Below, piece by piece: positions 37,048-44,820 of a stretch of 64,000 nucleotides of DNA. How positions within the stretch are numbered: position 1 is the stretch's first letter; each line of letters opens with the position of its first letter. The notes under the pieces were generated by a model. That model was not told where the DNA came from. It did no database searches and saw only the letters and a list, made by a program, of their open reading frames with translations. The stretch comes from Patescibacteria group bacterium (GTDB taxonomy: Bacteria > Patescibacteriota > JABMPQ01 > JAQVVF01): NCBI GenBank assembly GCA_041662665.1, contig JBAZSC010000001.1, forward strand, positions 193,511-257,510. Direction: 5' to 3'. The translations under genes were made by a program, and so were the position numbers.

Positions 37048-37239
37048 ATGCCAAAAAAAACTTTGACCAGGACAAAAGCTGGAATTGATACAAAAATAAT
37101 TTCACGAACCGCAATCGCGACATCAATTTTTGTTTTGTTAGCTTTGATTGCCGGTTTTTCTTATGGAATGTCAATTAAATTTACAGGCGAAAAAAACAAA
37201 GCAGTTGCCAACAATTTTTTTCAACAATATATAAAATAA
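37048..37239 (+). CDS. Small single-TM protein
   Basis: 63 aa ORF in a gap, one hydrophobic helix. Confidence 0.55.
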   Translation: MPKKTLTRTKAGIDTKIISRTAIATSIFVLLALIAGFSYGMSIKFTGEKNKAVANNFFQQYIK

Positions 37240-37312
37240 CTGTTCAATTGTTAAATTGTTAACTTTGTTAATATTTTAACAATTTAACTATTTAGCAATT
37301 AAACAATTTAGC
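37238..37312. repeat. Empty palindromic octamer element (AATTGTTA / TAACAATT)
   Basis: Four octamers then four mirrored octamers; relative at 43587-43672. Confidence 0.85.
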
Positions 37313-37313
37313 T

Positions 37314-37769
37314 ATGTTAAAAGACCGAATCAATAAAGATTTAATTACTGCATTAAAAGCAAAAGATCAGGAAAAATCTTCAATTTTAAGATTAATTAAT
37401 TCTGAAATCAAAAACGAAGAAATCGCCAAGAAAAAAAGAGAGCAAGGCTTAAATGACGAAGAAACTCAAGCTGTAATTGCTCGCCAAATCAAACAAATCA
37501 ATGATTCTATTGAATCTTTTAAGGCTGGAAAAAGAGAAGATCTAGTCAAGGAAGAAGAACAAAAATTAGCAATCTTAAAAGTCTATTTGCCAAAACAAAT
37601 AGAAAAAGCAGAAGTTGAAAAAATCGTTGATGAAGTCATTGCTCAAGTAAAGCCATCGAGTCCATCAGATTTTGGCAAGGTTATGGGGCAAGTTATGGCA
37701 AAAGTCAAAGGCAAAACTGATGGAAAAGTTGTGAATGAACTTGTTAGAAAAAAATTGAATGAGAATTAA
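37314..37769 (+). CDS. yqeY: GatB/YqeY domain protein
   Basis: ALKAKD..., YLPKQ, DFGKVMGQVM...GKTDGK. Confidence 0.9.
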   Translation: MLKDRINKDLITALKAKDQEKSSILRLINSEIKNEEIAKKKREQGLNDEETQAVIARQIKQINDSIESFKAGKREDLVKEEEQKLAILKVYLPKQIEKAEVEKIVDEVIAQVKPSSPSDFGKVMGQVMAKVKGKTDGKVVNELVRKKLNEN

Positions 37770-38231
37770 GAATTATGAATCAAGAATTATGATTTGAATA
37801 ATGAATAAAACAAAAATAAAATCTTTTACAGATTTAAATGCTTGGAAAGAAGCGCATGTCTTAGTTATAATGATTTATAAAATTACTAAAACATTTCCCA
37901 AAGATGAATTGTTTGGATTAATTAATCAGCTTAGAAGATGCGCTGTTTCTATAACCTCAAACATTGCAGAGGGATTTAGCAGACCAACTTACAAAGAAAA
38001 AATAAAATTTTATTATACTTCTTTAGGTTCTGTAACTGAACTTCAAAATCAAATTTTAGTTGCGAGAGATATTGAATATTTATCAAACAAAGATTTTCAA
38101 AAAATTGCCAATCAAAGCATAACTGTCCATAAACTTATAAATGGATTGATTAAAAAATCAAAAACATTTAAAAAATCATGATTCATAATTCTAAATTCAA
38201 ATCATAATTCTTAATTCATGATTCATAATTC
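37763..38231 (+). mobile_element. Filled element: GAATTAT arms bracketing a four-helix-bundle gene
   Basis: Left arm 37763-37809 and right arm 38174-38231 are mirrored, including a GATTT/AAATC phase break; mobility is inferred. Confidence 0.6.
37801..38181 (+). CDS. Four helix bundle protein (23S rRNA IVS protein-like family)
   Basis: FTDLNAW, FPKDELFGL..QLRR.AVSITSNIAEG, GS..EL. Confidence 0.93.
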   Translation: MNKTKIKSFTDLNAWKEAHVLVIMIYKITKTFPKDELFGLINQLRRCAVSITSNIAEGFSRPTYKEKIKFYYTSLGSVTELQNQILVARDIEYLSNKDFQKIANQSITVHKLINGLIKKSKTFKKS

Positions 38232-38775
38232 TCGTAAAAAAAGTGTAGTCAATATCCCAAATGCCTTATCTCTTTTTCGATCTATTGTAATTTTTGTTGT
38301 CTTTTTTGCCCTTTTTGCTGATATTAATTTTCTGCTTCTTCAGATTTTAGTTGTTTTAGCAATTGTTAGTGACAAAATTGATGGCAGCTGGGCAAGACAT
38401 TTCAAAGAAACATCGAGATTTGGCATGCTCTTTGATTCATATGCTGATGCTGGATTTATTGCTATTTGTCTTATTTATGCAATCTTAAAATTAGATTTTC
38501 CAATTTACATTTTGTATTTTGGTTTGCCATTTGTTTTTATAATTTTACTTTTCTATTTAATATTTTCAATATTTGGCAAAAAAATTATTTCTTTTTGGGA
38601 TTTTGGCAAAAGGTTAGAATCAAAATCTACAGCCGTTGTATTATTCACTCTAATTATTTTTTATTTTTTCGATCTTCCGCTTAAAGTATATGTTGCTTGG
38701 TTCATGTTCGTTTATATTTATCTTTATTTATTTTATTATTTATATATAGCTATAAAACATGCAAAGAAAAAGTGA
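38218..38775 (+). CDS. CDP-alcohol phosphatidyltransferase family protein
   Basis: IPNALSLFR, DKIDGSWAR...G.LFDSYAD. Confidence 0.88.
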   Translation: MIHNSRKKSVVNIPNALSLFRSIVIFVVFFALFADINFLLLQILVVLAIVSDKIDGSWARHFKETSRFGMLFDSYADAGFIAICLIYAILKLDFPIYILYFGLPFVFIILLFYLIFSIFGKKIISFWDFGKRLESKSTAVVLFTLIIFYFFDLPLKVYVAWFMFVYIYLYLFYYLYIAIKHAKKK

Positions 38776-39364
38776 AAAACCAAAAATAAAAGACATTATA
38801 AAAATTCCTAACATTTTAACAAGCATTAGAATAATAATTGCTTTGACAATTATTGCCTTATTTTTTACTAACAACCATATTTGGTTAGTAAAATGGCTTT
38901 TTGTAATCGGAATTTTAACCGACACATTAGATGGCAACATTGCTCGTCTTTTTAATCAAAAATCAAGATTAGGAGTCATGCTAGAACCAATAGCTGACAC
39001 TTTATTAGTAGCAGGTACAGTTTTGTTTGTTACTTTCAGACTCGATCTTCCAAAGTTAATATTCTTAATTTATGTTGCAGTAGTCTTTGTTGGATTTCTT
39101 GGAATAGTTTTTGTCTATTTAATCAGAAGAGAATGGTTCGCTGACAAACTGGTAGTTTCTGAAATTGCAATTGTTTTTGTTTATGGAACAGGTATTTTTT
39201 ATCTTTTTGGATTGCCATACAAAAATTATCTAGCGCTATTTACAATTGGCTTTGGGATTGCTGCTTTAATAGATCTAATCATAAAATTAAAAAGGTTTAA
39301 AGGCCGAGCGAAATTTAAATTAGAAAAACTTCAGAATAGCAAAGATTTCAAAATGCTGAAATAA
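38759..39364 (+). CDS. CDP-alcohol phosphatidyltransferase family protein
   Basis: IPNILTSIR, DTLDGNIAR...G.MLEPIAD. Confidence 0.88.
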   Translation: MQRKSEKPKIKDIIKIPNILTSIRIIIALTIIALFFTNNHIWLVKWLFVIGILTDTLDGNIARLFNQKSRLGVMLEPIADTLLVAGTVLFVTFRLDLPKLIFLIYVAVVFVGFLGIVFVYLIRREWFADKLVVSEIAIVFVYGTGIFYLFGLPYKNYLALFTIGFGIAALIDLIIKLKRFKGRAKFKLEKLQNSKDFKMLK

Positions 39365-39464
39365 TACGAATATACGAATTTATGCAAATCAACGAATTTA
39401 CGAATGAGCGAATTCGCGTATATTTGCATATTTGTAGATTTGCATAGATTCGTAGATTTGTATT
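39362..39464. repeat. Empty palindromic element (TACGAAT / ATTCGTA)
   Basis: acgaat / gcaaat units, centre gcgaattcgc, then mirrored atttgc / attcgt units. Confidence 0.85.
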
Positions 39465-39471
39465 ATATTTT

Positions 39472-40581
39472 ATGAATAAGTCACCAAGTAAAATAATTTT
39501 AATCGGCATTATCTTAATTCTTGCCGCAACTGTTGGGATTATTTTTTTTACAAAAGATAATAAAAAATCAGTAACTGGTGAAACAATAATTGATTTAACT
39601 TCGTCAAAAAAAGATTCCGCCTCCGCTCCAAAAGATTCAGCAGACAAAGCAGAAAATTCAAATTCGGAAATTAATTTAACTGCAGTTGGCGATATTATTA
39701 TGTCTCGCCATGTTGGCGTAAAAATCAAAGAATCTGGTGACAATGCTTTGCCGTTTCGAAAAGTTAGCGATATCTTGTCAGCAGGCGATATCACATTTGG
39801 TGATCTAGAAGCTCCTTTTTTAAATCAAGGCGATTTAATTACTGAAGGTATGAGCTTTAAAGCTGAGCCAGAATTTATTGAAGGCATAAAATTAGCAGGT
39901 TTTGATGTTATGGCTATGGCAAATAATCATACTAAAAATCAAGGCCCAGAAGGTTTGCTTTTCACTTTCGATCTATTAAATCAAAATAATATTAAGTTTT
40001 GCGGAGCAGGAAAAAATTTCGCTGAAGCACATCAGCCAGCGATTTTAGAAAGCAAAGGCAAAAAATTTGCTTTTCTAGCTTATACTTATTCTGACGGTAT
40101 TGACTTCCAAACTCATTTGAGCGAAAATGAACCAGACGTTGCTTTTTGGGATGCTAATCAAGCAAAAATAGATATCGACCAAGCTAAAACTCAGGCAGAT
40201 AGCGTTATAGTCTATATGCACGCTGGACAAGAATATTCTCCAAAGCCAATTCAAGATCAAATCAATTTTGCACATAGTGCAATTGATAATGGCGCAGATC
40301 TAGTCTTAGGCTCTCATCCGCATTGGGTTGAGACAACAGAAAAATATAAAGATAAATACATAATTTATTCAATGGGTAATTTTGTTTTTGATCAAGATTG
40401 GTCGCAAGAAACAAAAGAAGGTGTTATAGTTAAATTAAAATATAAAGACAACAGATTTAATCAAGCCGAATTTATTCCAGTTATTATTGAAGATTTTAAT
40501 CAGCCAAGGGTAGCTAATGATGCGGAAAAGTCGAAAATATTTAATCAAATGGAATTGAAAAGTTCTGTAATTAATTTCTAA
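39472..40581 (+). CDS. CapA/PgsA (poly-gamma-glutamate synthesis) family metallophosphatase
   Basis: AVGDI, MANNH, HAGQEY, GADLVLGSHPH, YSMGNFVFDQ. Confidence 0.9.
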   Translation: MNKSPSKIILIGIILILAATVGIIFFTKDNKKSVTGETIIDLTSSKKDSASAPKDSADKAENSNSEINLTAVGDIIMSRHVGVKIKESGDNALPFRKVSDILSAGDITFGDLEAPFLNQGDLITEGMSFKAEPEFIEGIKLAGFDVMAMANNHTKNQGPEGLLFTFDLLNQNNIKFCGAGKNFAEAHQPAILESKGKKFAFLAYTYSDGIDFQTHLSENEPDVAFWDANQAKIDIDQAKTQADSVIVYMHAGQEYSPKPIQDQINFAHSAIDNGADLVLGSHPHWVETTEKYKDKYIIYSMGNFVFDQDWSQETKEGVIVKLKYKDNRFNQAEFIPVIIEDFNQPRVANDAEKSKIFNQMELKSSVINF

Positions 40582-40698
40582 TGATCAAGATACAAGAAAC
40601 AAACAAATCAAAATATTCAAATTACAATGACCAAACTCGTCGAGTTTGATTTTTGGTTATTTTAATTTGAAATTTGTTTGTATCTTGTTTCTTGGTTA
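40582..40698. repeat. Empty palindromic heptamer element (..CAA / TTG..)
   Basis: 3x7 + ACAA + 4x7, centre ACTCGTCGAGT, 4x7 + TTGT + 3x7. Confidence 0.88.
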
Positions 40699-40707
40699 TT
40701 TGCAAAT

Positions 40708-40732
40708 AAAAAAGCCATCACTTCGATGACTT
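40708..40732 (-). terminator. Intrinsic terminator
   Basis: Minus strand AAGTCATC-GAAGT-GATGGCTT-TTTT overlapping the stop codon. Confidence 0.6.
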
Positions 40733-41281
40733 ATGAAAAGGTTCAAAAAAATCAGGATGTTCAAGTAAAAACCACAAAATTTCAGGATCTCCATAATCAA
40801 TCATTCGTAAATTACCTTTAGTATCATAACAGAAATTATTTTGTTCCCAATGATGTGCAAGCTGAGCTGATCCAAGATTGAACGATTTACAATCAGGATC
40901 AAATGGATGAATTCTATATAAATCTAAATACATTGCTTTTGCCGCTTGAAAATCAAAATCAGCTTGATATCCTCTTTTTTGAATATTGACCAATCCTATT
41001 GAAAAATAAGTTGGCATCATATTCTTCCGTTTGTAACGAGCAGAATAAACAAATTCTAGCCAATTATGCTTAATAGCTAATGGCCAACGTTTTCTGATTG
41101 CATAGAAGATATCTCTGATACATCTATCCCAAAAACTAATTTTTCTAATGGGTGATCTGCAGTCATTAAGTCCAGCAAAATTAAACCAATTACGCCATAT
41201 TTCATCAAAAATATAAGTTTTGGCAACCTTTATCGCAAATGGTCCTACTAAAAATACAATTCTGTTATTGCCTAAATGCAT
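40718..41281 (-). CDS. Orphan protein with possible minimal protein-kinase-like fold
   Basis: G..RIVF...FAIK, H....NNF, MIDYG; strong AGGAGG RBS. Confidence 0.55.
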   Translation of the reverse strand: MHLGNNRIVFLVGPFAIKVAKTYIFDEIWRNWFNFAGLNDCRSPIRKISFWDRCIRDIFYAIRKRWPLAIKHNWLEFVYSARYKRKNMMPTYFSIGLVNIQKRGYQADFDFQAAKAMYLDLYRIHPFDPDCKSFNLGSAQLAHHWEQNNFCYDTKGNLRMIDYGDPEILWFLLEHPDFFEPFHKSSK

Positions 41282-41318
41282 TTTTTGTCCTCCTGGTTTG
41301 TGAAAGTGCTAACTTCTA

Positions 41319-41347
41319 ATCTTATTAAAAAATTATCTTAAAGTCAA
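41319..41347 (-). promoter_or_regulatory. Putative sigma70 promoter of the kinase-like gene
   Basis: Minus strand TTGACT-N17-TAAGAT. Confidence 0.45.
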
Positions 41348-41352
41348 TTATC

Positions 41353-41931
41353 ATGCAAAATATTTTTGAAATTAGAATTCATGCTCGAGCCCAACAAGGC
41401 GCAAATACAGTTGCGCATTTTTTCGCTGAAAGCGTTATTAATTATGGCAAATATGCTCAAGCCTTTCCATATTTTGGACCAGAAAGATCAGGCTCGCCAT
41501 TAATGTCTTTTGTCAGGATTTCTGATGAGCCAATTAGAATTTATTCTCAAGTTTATAATCCAAATATTTCAGTTGTCATTGATCAAACTTTGCTAAATAC
41601 TGAAAATGTTGCTAAAGATTTTACAGAAAAACAAATGGTTTTAGTTAATTCTCCTAAATCAAGCGAACAAATTAATCAAATTCTAAAAAGCAAAGCCAAA
41701 ATTTATTCAGTTGATGCCAATAAAATTTCAGAAGAAATTTTTGGCAAAACAATTCCAAACACAGTTTTGCTCGGCGCTTTGATTAAAGTTTTAGAAATAG
41801 ATAATCAAAAATTTATTACTCTTGATCATGTTGTAAAAACAATTAATCAAGAATTTCCAGCGAGATATGGACAATTGTTGACTGATCAAAACGTTAAAGC
41901 TGTAAAAACCGGATATGACTCAGTCATATAG
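41353..41931 (+). CDS. porC: Pyruvate/2-oxoacid:ferredoxin oxidoreductase gamma subunit
   Basis: EIRIHARAQQG, FGPERSGSP, PNTVLLGA. Confidence 0.9.
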   Translation: MQNIFEIRIHARAQQGANTVAHFFAESVINYGKYAQAFPYFGPERSGSPLMSFVRISDEPIRIYSQVYNPNISVVIDQTLLNTENVAKDFTEKQMVLVNSPKSSEQINQILKSKAKIYSVDANKISEEIFGKTIPNTVLLGALIKVLEIDNQKFITLDHVVKTINQEFPARYGQLLTDQNVKAVKTGYDSVI

Positions 41932-42069
41932 TTTTAATTTATAATTTTAAATTTCTAATTTCTATTAAATTTTTAATGCTTTAATTTTTAAATCTATTTT
42001 TGATCGTCGATGTTTAGAAATTAATTCATTAGGAATTTAATAAAAATTAGAAATTAGAAATTGAAAATT
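41931..42069. repeat. Empty palindromic heptamer element (TTTCTAA / TTAGAAA)
   Basis: Same family as 2185-2321; centre contains GATCGTCGAT. Confidence 0.85.
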
Positions 42070-42080
42070 AAATAAAATTT

Positions 42081-42335
42081 ATGTCAGATTTACATATCGG
42101 TGCAAAAATTATTGAGCCAGGTTCATCAATTAGTAATAAAACTGGTTCTTGGAAATTACAGATTCCAATTGTTGATCGAAAAAAATGTCAAAATTGTTTG
42201 CAATGCGTCCAATATTGTCCAGAAAATTGCATTAAGGCAAAAGATGACAAACTAGATTATATTGATTTGAATTACTGCAAAGGTTGTGGAATCTGTGCGC
42301 ATGAATGTCCAAACAAATCGATAATCATGAAGTAG
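42081..42335 (+). CDS. porD: Pyruvate/2-oxoacid:ferredoxin oxidoreductase delta subunit (2x 4Fe-4S)
   Basis: KTGSW, CxxCxxCxxxCP twice, YCKGCGIC. Confidence 0.92.
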   Translation: MSDLHIGAKIIEPGSSISNKTGSWKLQIPIVDRKKCQNCLQCVQYCPENCIKAKDDKLDYIDLNYCKGCGICAHECPNKSIIMK

Positions 42336-42341
42336 GAGTTA

Positions 42342-42418
42342 AATTTCCGAATATCATAATATCCGAATATTTTTTTTAATCAAAGCACGATATTCGGATA
42401 TTGAGATATTAAGATATT
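42342..42418. repeat. Empty palindromic octamer element (AATATCxx / xxGATATT)
   Basis: aatatc units then gatatt x4 between porD and porA. Confidence 0.8.
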
Positions 42419-42430
42419 AAAAATCTAAAC

Positions 42431-43585
42431 ATGAATAATAAATTTAAAGCCATTACTGGTTCTCAATCAGCAGTTGAATCAATGCGCCAGATAAATCCTG
42501 ACGTTGTTTCAATTTATCCAATTTGCCCGCAGACATTCATTATTGAATTTTTTTCGCAATTAGTTGCTGATGGCAAAGTTGATACTAAAGTTATTACTGC
42601 TGAATCAGAACATTCTGTTATGTCAGCTTGTGTTGGAGCATCTGCATCAGGTGCCAGAGTCATCACTTCGACAGCATCATTAGGTTTGGCCTTGATGTGG
42701 GAAGTATTAGGTGTTGCTTCAGGATTGCGCTTGCCAATTGTTATGCATCTTGTAATGCGTGCTTTGTCAGCTCCAATTAATATCCATAGCGATCATTCAG
42801 ATGCTATGGGAGCAAGAGAACAAGGTTGGATTCAATTATTTTGCGGCAATAATCAAGAAGTTTATGATTTTTCAATCATTGCCCAAAGATTAGGAGAAAA
42901 ATTATTTTTGCCAATAATGGTTTGCCAAGATGGTTTTACAACTTCGCATAGTGTTGAAAAAACATTTGTTTTAGAAGATAATGATGTTAAAAATTTTGTT
43001 GGCGAATTCAAACCAGATCGTCCGCTTTTGGATATTAAAAATCCAACAACTTACGGTCCATTGTCATTGCCAAACACTTTTACAGAAATAAAAAAACAGC
43101 AATTTGATGTCTACAATAATGTTGGCCAAGAATTTTTAAATATTAGTTCAGAATTATCAAAATTAACAAATCGAAATTATAATTTAATTGAAGAATATAA
43201 AACAGAAGATGCTGATACAATTATAATCATTTTAGCTTCAACAGCTTCAACTTCAAAAGTTGTTATTGATGAATTAAGAGCCAAAGGACAAAAAGTTGGT
43301 TTAATTAGACCAATATTATTCCGTCCGTTTCCATATCAAGAAATTTCCAAAGCTTTAGCTAATGCAAAAAAAGTCGCAGTTTTAGATCGATCAATTGCAT
43401 TTGGCGCTATGCCTCCATTATATTCTGATGTTATGCTGTCTCTAAGTTCTTTAGAATCAAAACCACAAGTTGCATCATATATTTACGGTTTAGGCGGTCA
43501 TGATACGGTTTTGGCTGATATTAGAAAGGTTTTTCAAGACTTAGAAAAAGGAGAATTTATAGGTAAGGCAAAATTTTTGCACTAA
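42431..43585 (+). CDS. porA: Pyruvate/2-oxoacid:ferredoxin oxidoreductase alpha subunit
   Basis: YPICPQT, ESEHS, RALSAPINIHSDHSD, QDGF, FRPFP, YGLGG. Confidence 0.93.
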   Translation: MNNKFKAITGSQSAVESMRQINPDVVSIYPICPQTFIIEFFSQLVADGKVDTKVITAESEHSVMSACVGASASGARVITSTASLGLALMWEVLGVASGLRLPIVMHLVMRALSAPINIHSDHSDAMGAREQGWIQLFCGNNQEVYDFSIIAQRLGEKLFLPIMVCQDGFTTSHSVEKTFVLEDNDVKNFVGEFKPDRPLLDIKNPTTYGPLSLPNTFTEIKKQQFDVYNNVGQEFLNISSELSKLTNRNYNLIEEYKTEDADTIIIILASTASTSKVVIDELRAKGQKVGLIRPILFRPFPYQEISKALANAKKVAVLDRSIAFGAMPPLYSDVMLSLSSLESKPQVASYIYGLGGHDTVLADIRKVFQDLEKGEFIGKAKFLH

Positions 43586-43586
43586 A

Positions 43587-43672
43587 CATTGTTTAATTGC
43601 TCAATTGTTAAATTGCTAACAATTTAACAAATAAAAATTTTGGAATGCAAAATTTTTATCAATGTAACAATT
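43587..43672. repeat. Palindromic octamer element (AATTGTTA / TAACAATT) with a nested hairpin
   Basis: Right arm interrupted by a 12-bp-stem hairpin at 43631-43659. Confidence 0.75.
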
Positions 43673-43680
43673 TTGTAATA

Positions 43681-44412
43681 ATGTTAAATACTAATAATCC
43701 GTTAATCATTGCACACAGAGGAGCTTCTTCGTATGCTTTTGAAAATACCTTAGATTCATTCAGGAAAGCATGTACTTTTGGCGCGGATATGATTGAACTA
43801 GATATCAGAGTTACAAAAGACAATGAATTAATTGTCTTTCATGATTCAGCAATTGATCGCATGACCGATGGTTCTGGTTTAGTCCAATATTTTACTCTTG
43901 CTGATTTAAAAAAAATTAAAATTCATGGAGAAGCAATTCCAACTTTGGAAGAGGTTATAAAAGTAACTTTAGGAAAAACAAATTATAACTTTGAAGTAAA
44001 AAATATTCCTTTAGCAAGCATCGATAAATTAATCGCGCTTTTGGATAAATATAATCTTCGCTATAAAGTAATAATTTCTTCATTTAATAGAAAAATTATT
44101 TTAAGAATAATAGAAATTGACCGCCAAATAAAAATTGCTTTATTGTGTTGGCAACTCAGAAAAAATAATCTCAAATTTATCCAGAAAAATGATCTGAATT
44201 ATGTGCATCCATATTATGGATTTTTAACTAGAAAAAAAATCAAGCAAGTCCATAATTTAGGCATTAAAATTAATACCTGGACTGTCAATTGGTCACTAGA
44301 TTTGAAATGGGTAATGGAATTAGGTGTTGATGGCGTGATTACGAATCGACCTGATTTAGCAAAAGCAGTCTTAGGCAAAATGAACAGACAAAAAACAACG
44401 CTCCATAGTTAA
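43681..44412 (+). CDS. Glycerophosphodiester phosphodiesterase
   Basis: IAHRGAS...ENT, ELDI, HD, EVK, WTVN, GVDGVITNRP; ATG at 43681. Confidence 0.92.
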   Translation: MLNTNNPLIIAHRGASSYAFENTLDSFRKACTFGADMIELDIRVTKDNELIVFHDSAIDRMTDGSGLVQYFTLADLKKIKIHGEAIPTLEEVIKVTLGKTNYNFEVKNIPLASIDKLIALLDKYNLRYKVIISSFNRKIILRIIEIDRQIKIALLCWQLRKNNLKFIQKNDLNYVHPYYGFLTRKKIKQVHNLGIKINTWTVNWSLDLKWVMELGVDGVITNRPDLAKAVLGKMNRQKTTLHS

Positions 44413-44818
44413 AAAGTTCCTAAAGTTATAAAGTTTATAAAGTAAATGAAAATTAAAAAATTTGAAGAAATTATTTCTTGGCAGAAAGCCGGAACTTTAA
44501 GTCTAAATATATATAAACTTTTTAAGCATTCAAGAGATTTCAGTTTTAGAGATCAGATTCAAAGAGCCTCGATATCAATGATGAATAATATTGCTGAAGG
44601 ATTTGAAAGAAAAACTAATAAAGAATTTAAAAATTTTCTTTATATCGCTAAAGGCTCTTGCGCTGAAGTCAGATCAATGTTATATATTGCTTTCAAACTA
44701 GAATACATAAATCAAAAACAGTTTAATGAAAATTATAAATTATGTTTAGAAATATCAAAAACAATTTCAGGTCTAATCAAGACTTTATGAACTTTATAAC
44801 TTTAAAAACTTTATAACT
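44407..44818 (+). mobile_element. Filled element: AACTTTAT-family arms bracketing a four-helix-bundle gene
   Basis: Left arm 44407-44443 and right arm 44781-44818 are in-register inverted repeats matching the empty site 31352-31429; mobility is inferred. Confidence 0.65.
44446..44790 (+). CDS. Four helix bundle protein (23S rRNA IVS protein-like family)
   Basis: FEEIISWQKA, DQIQRASISMMNNIAEGFER, AKGSCAEVRS. Confidence 0.93.
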   Translation: MKIKKFEEIISWQKAGTLSLNIYKLFKHSRDFSFRDQIQRASISMMNNIAEGFERKTNKEFKNFLYIAKGSCAEVRSMLYIAFKLEYINQKQFNENYKLCLEISKTISGLIKTL

Positions 44819-44820
44819 AT

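Noticed and set aside
39348-39794. 148-aa minus-strand ORF
   Set aside because: Antisense to the CapA-family gene and runs through a repeat element.
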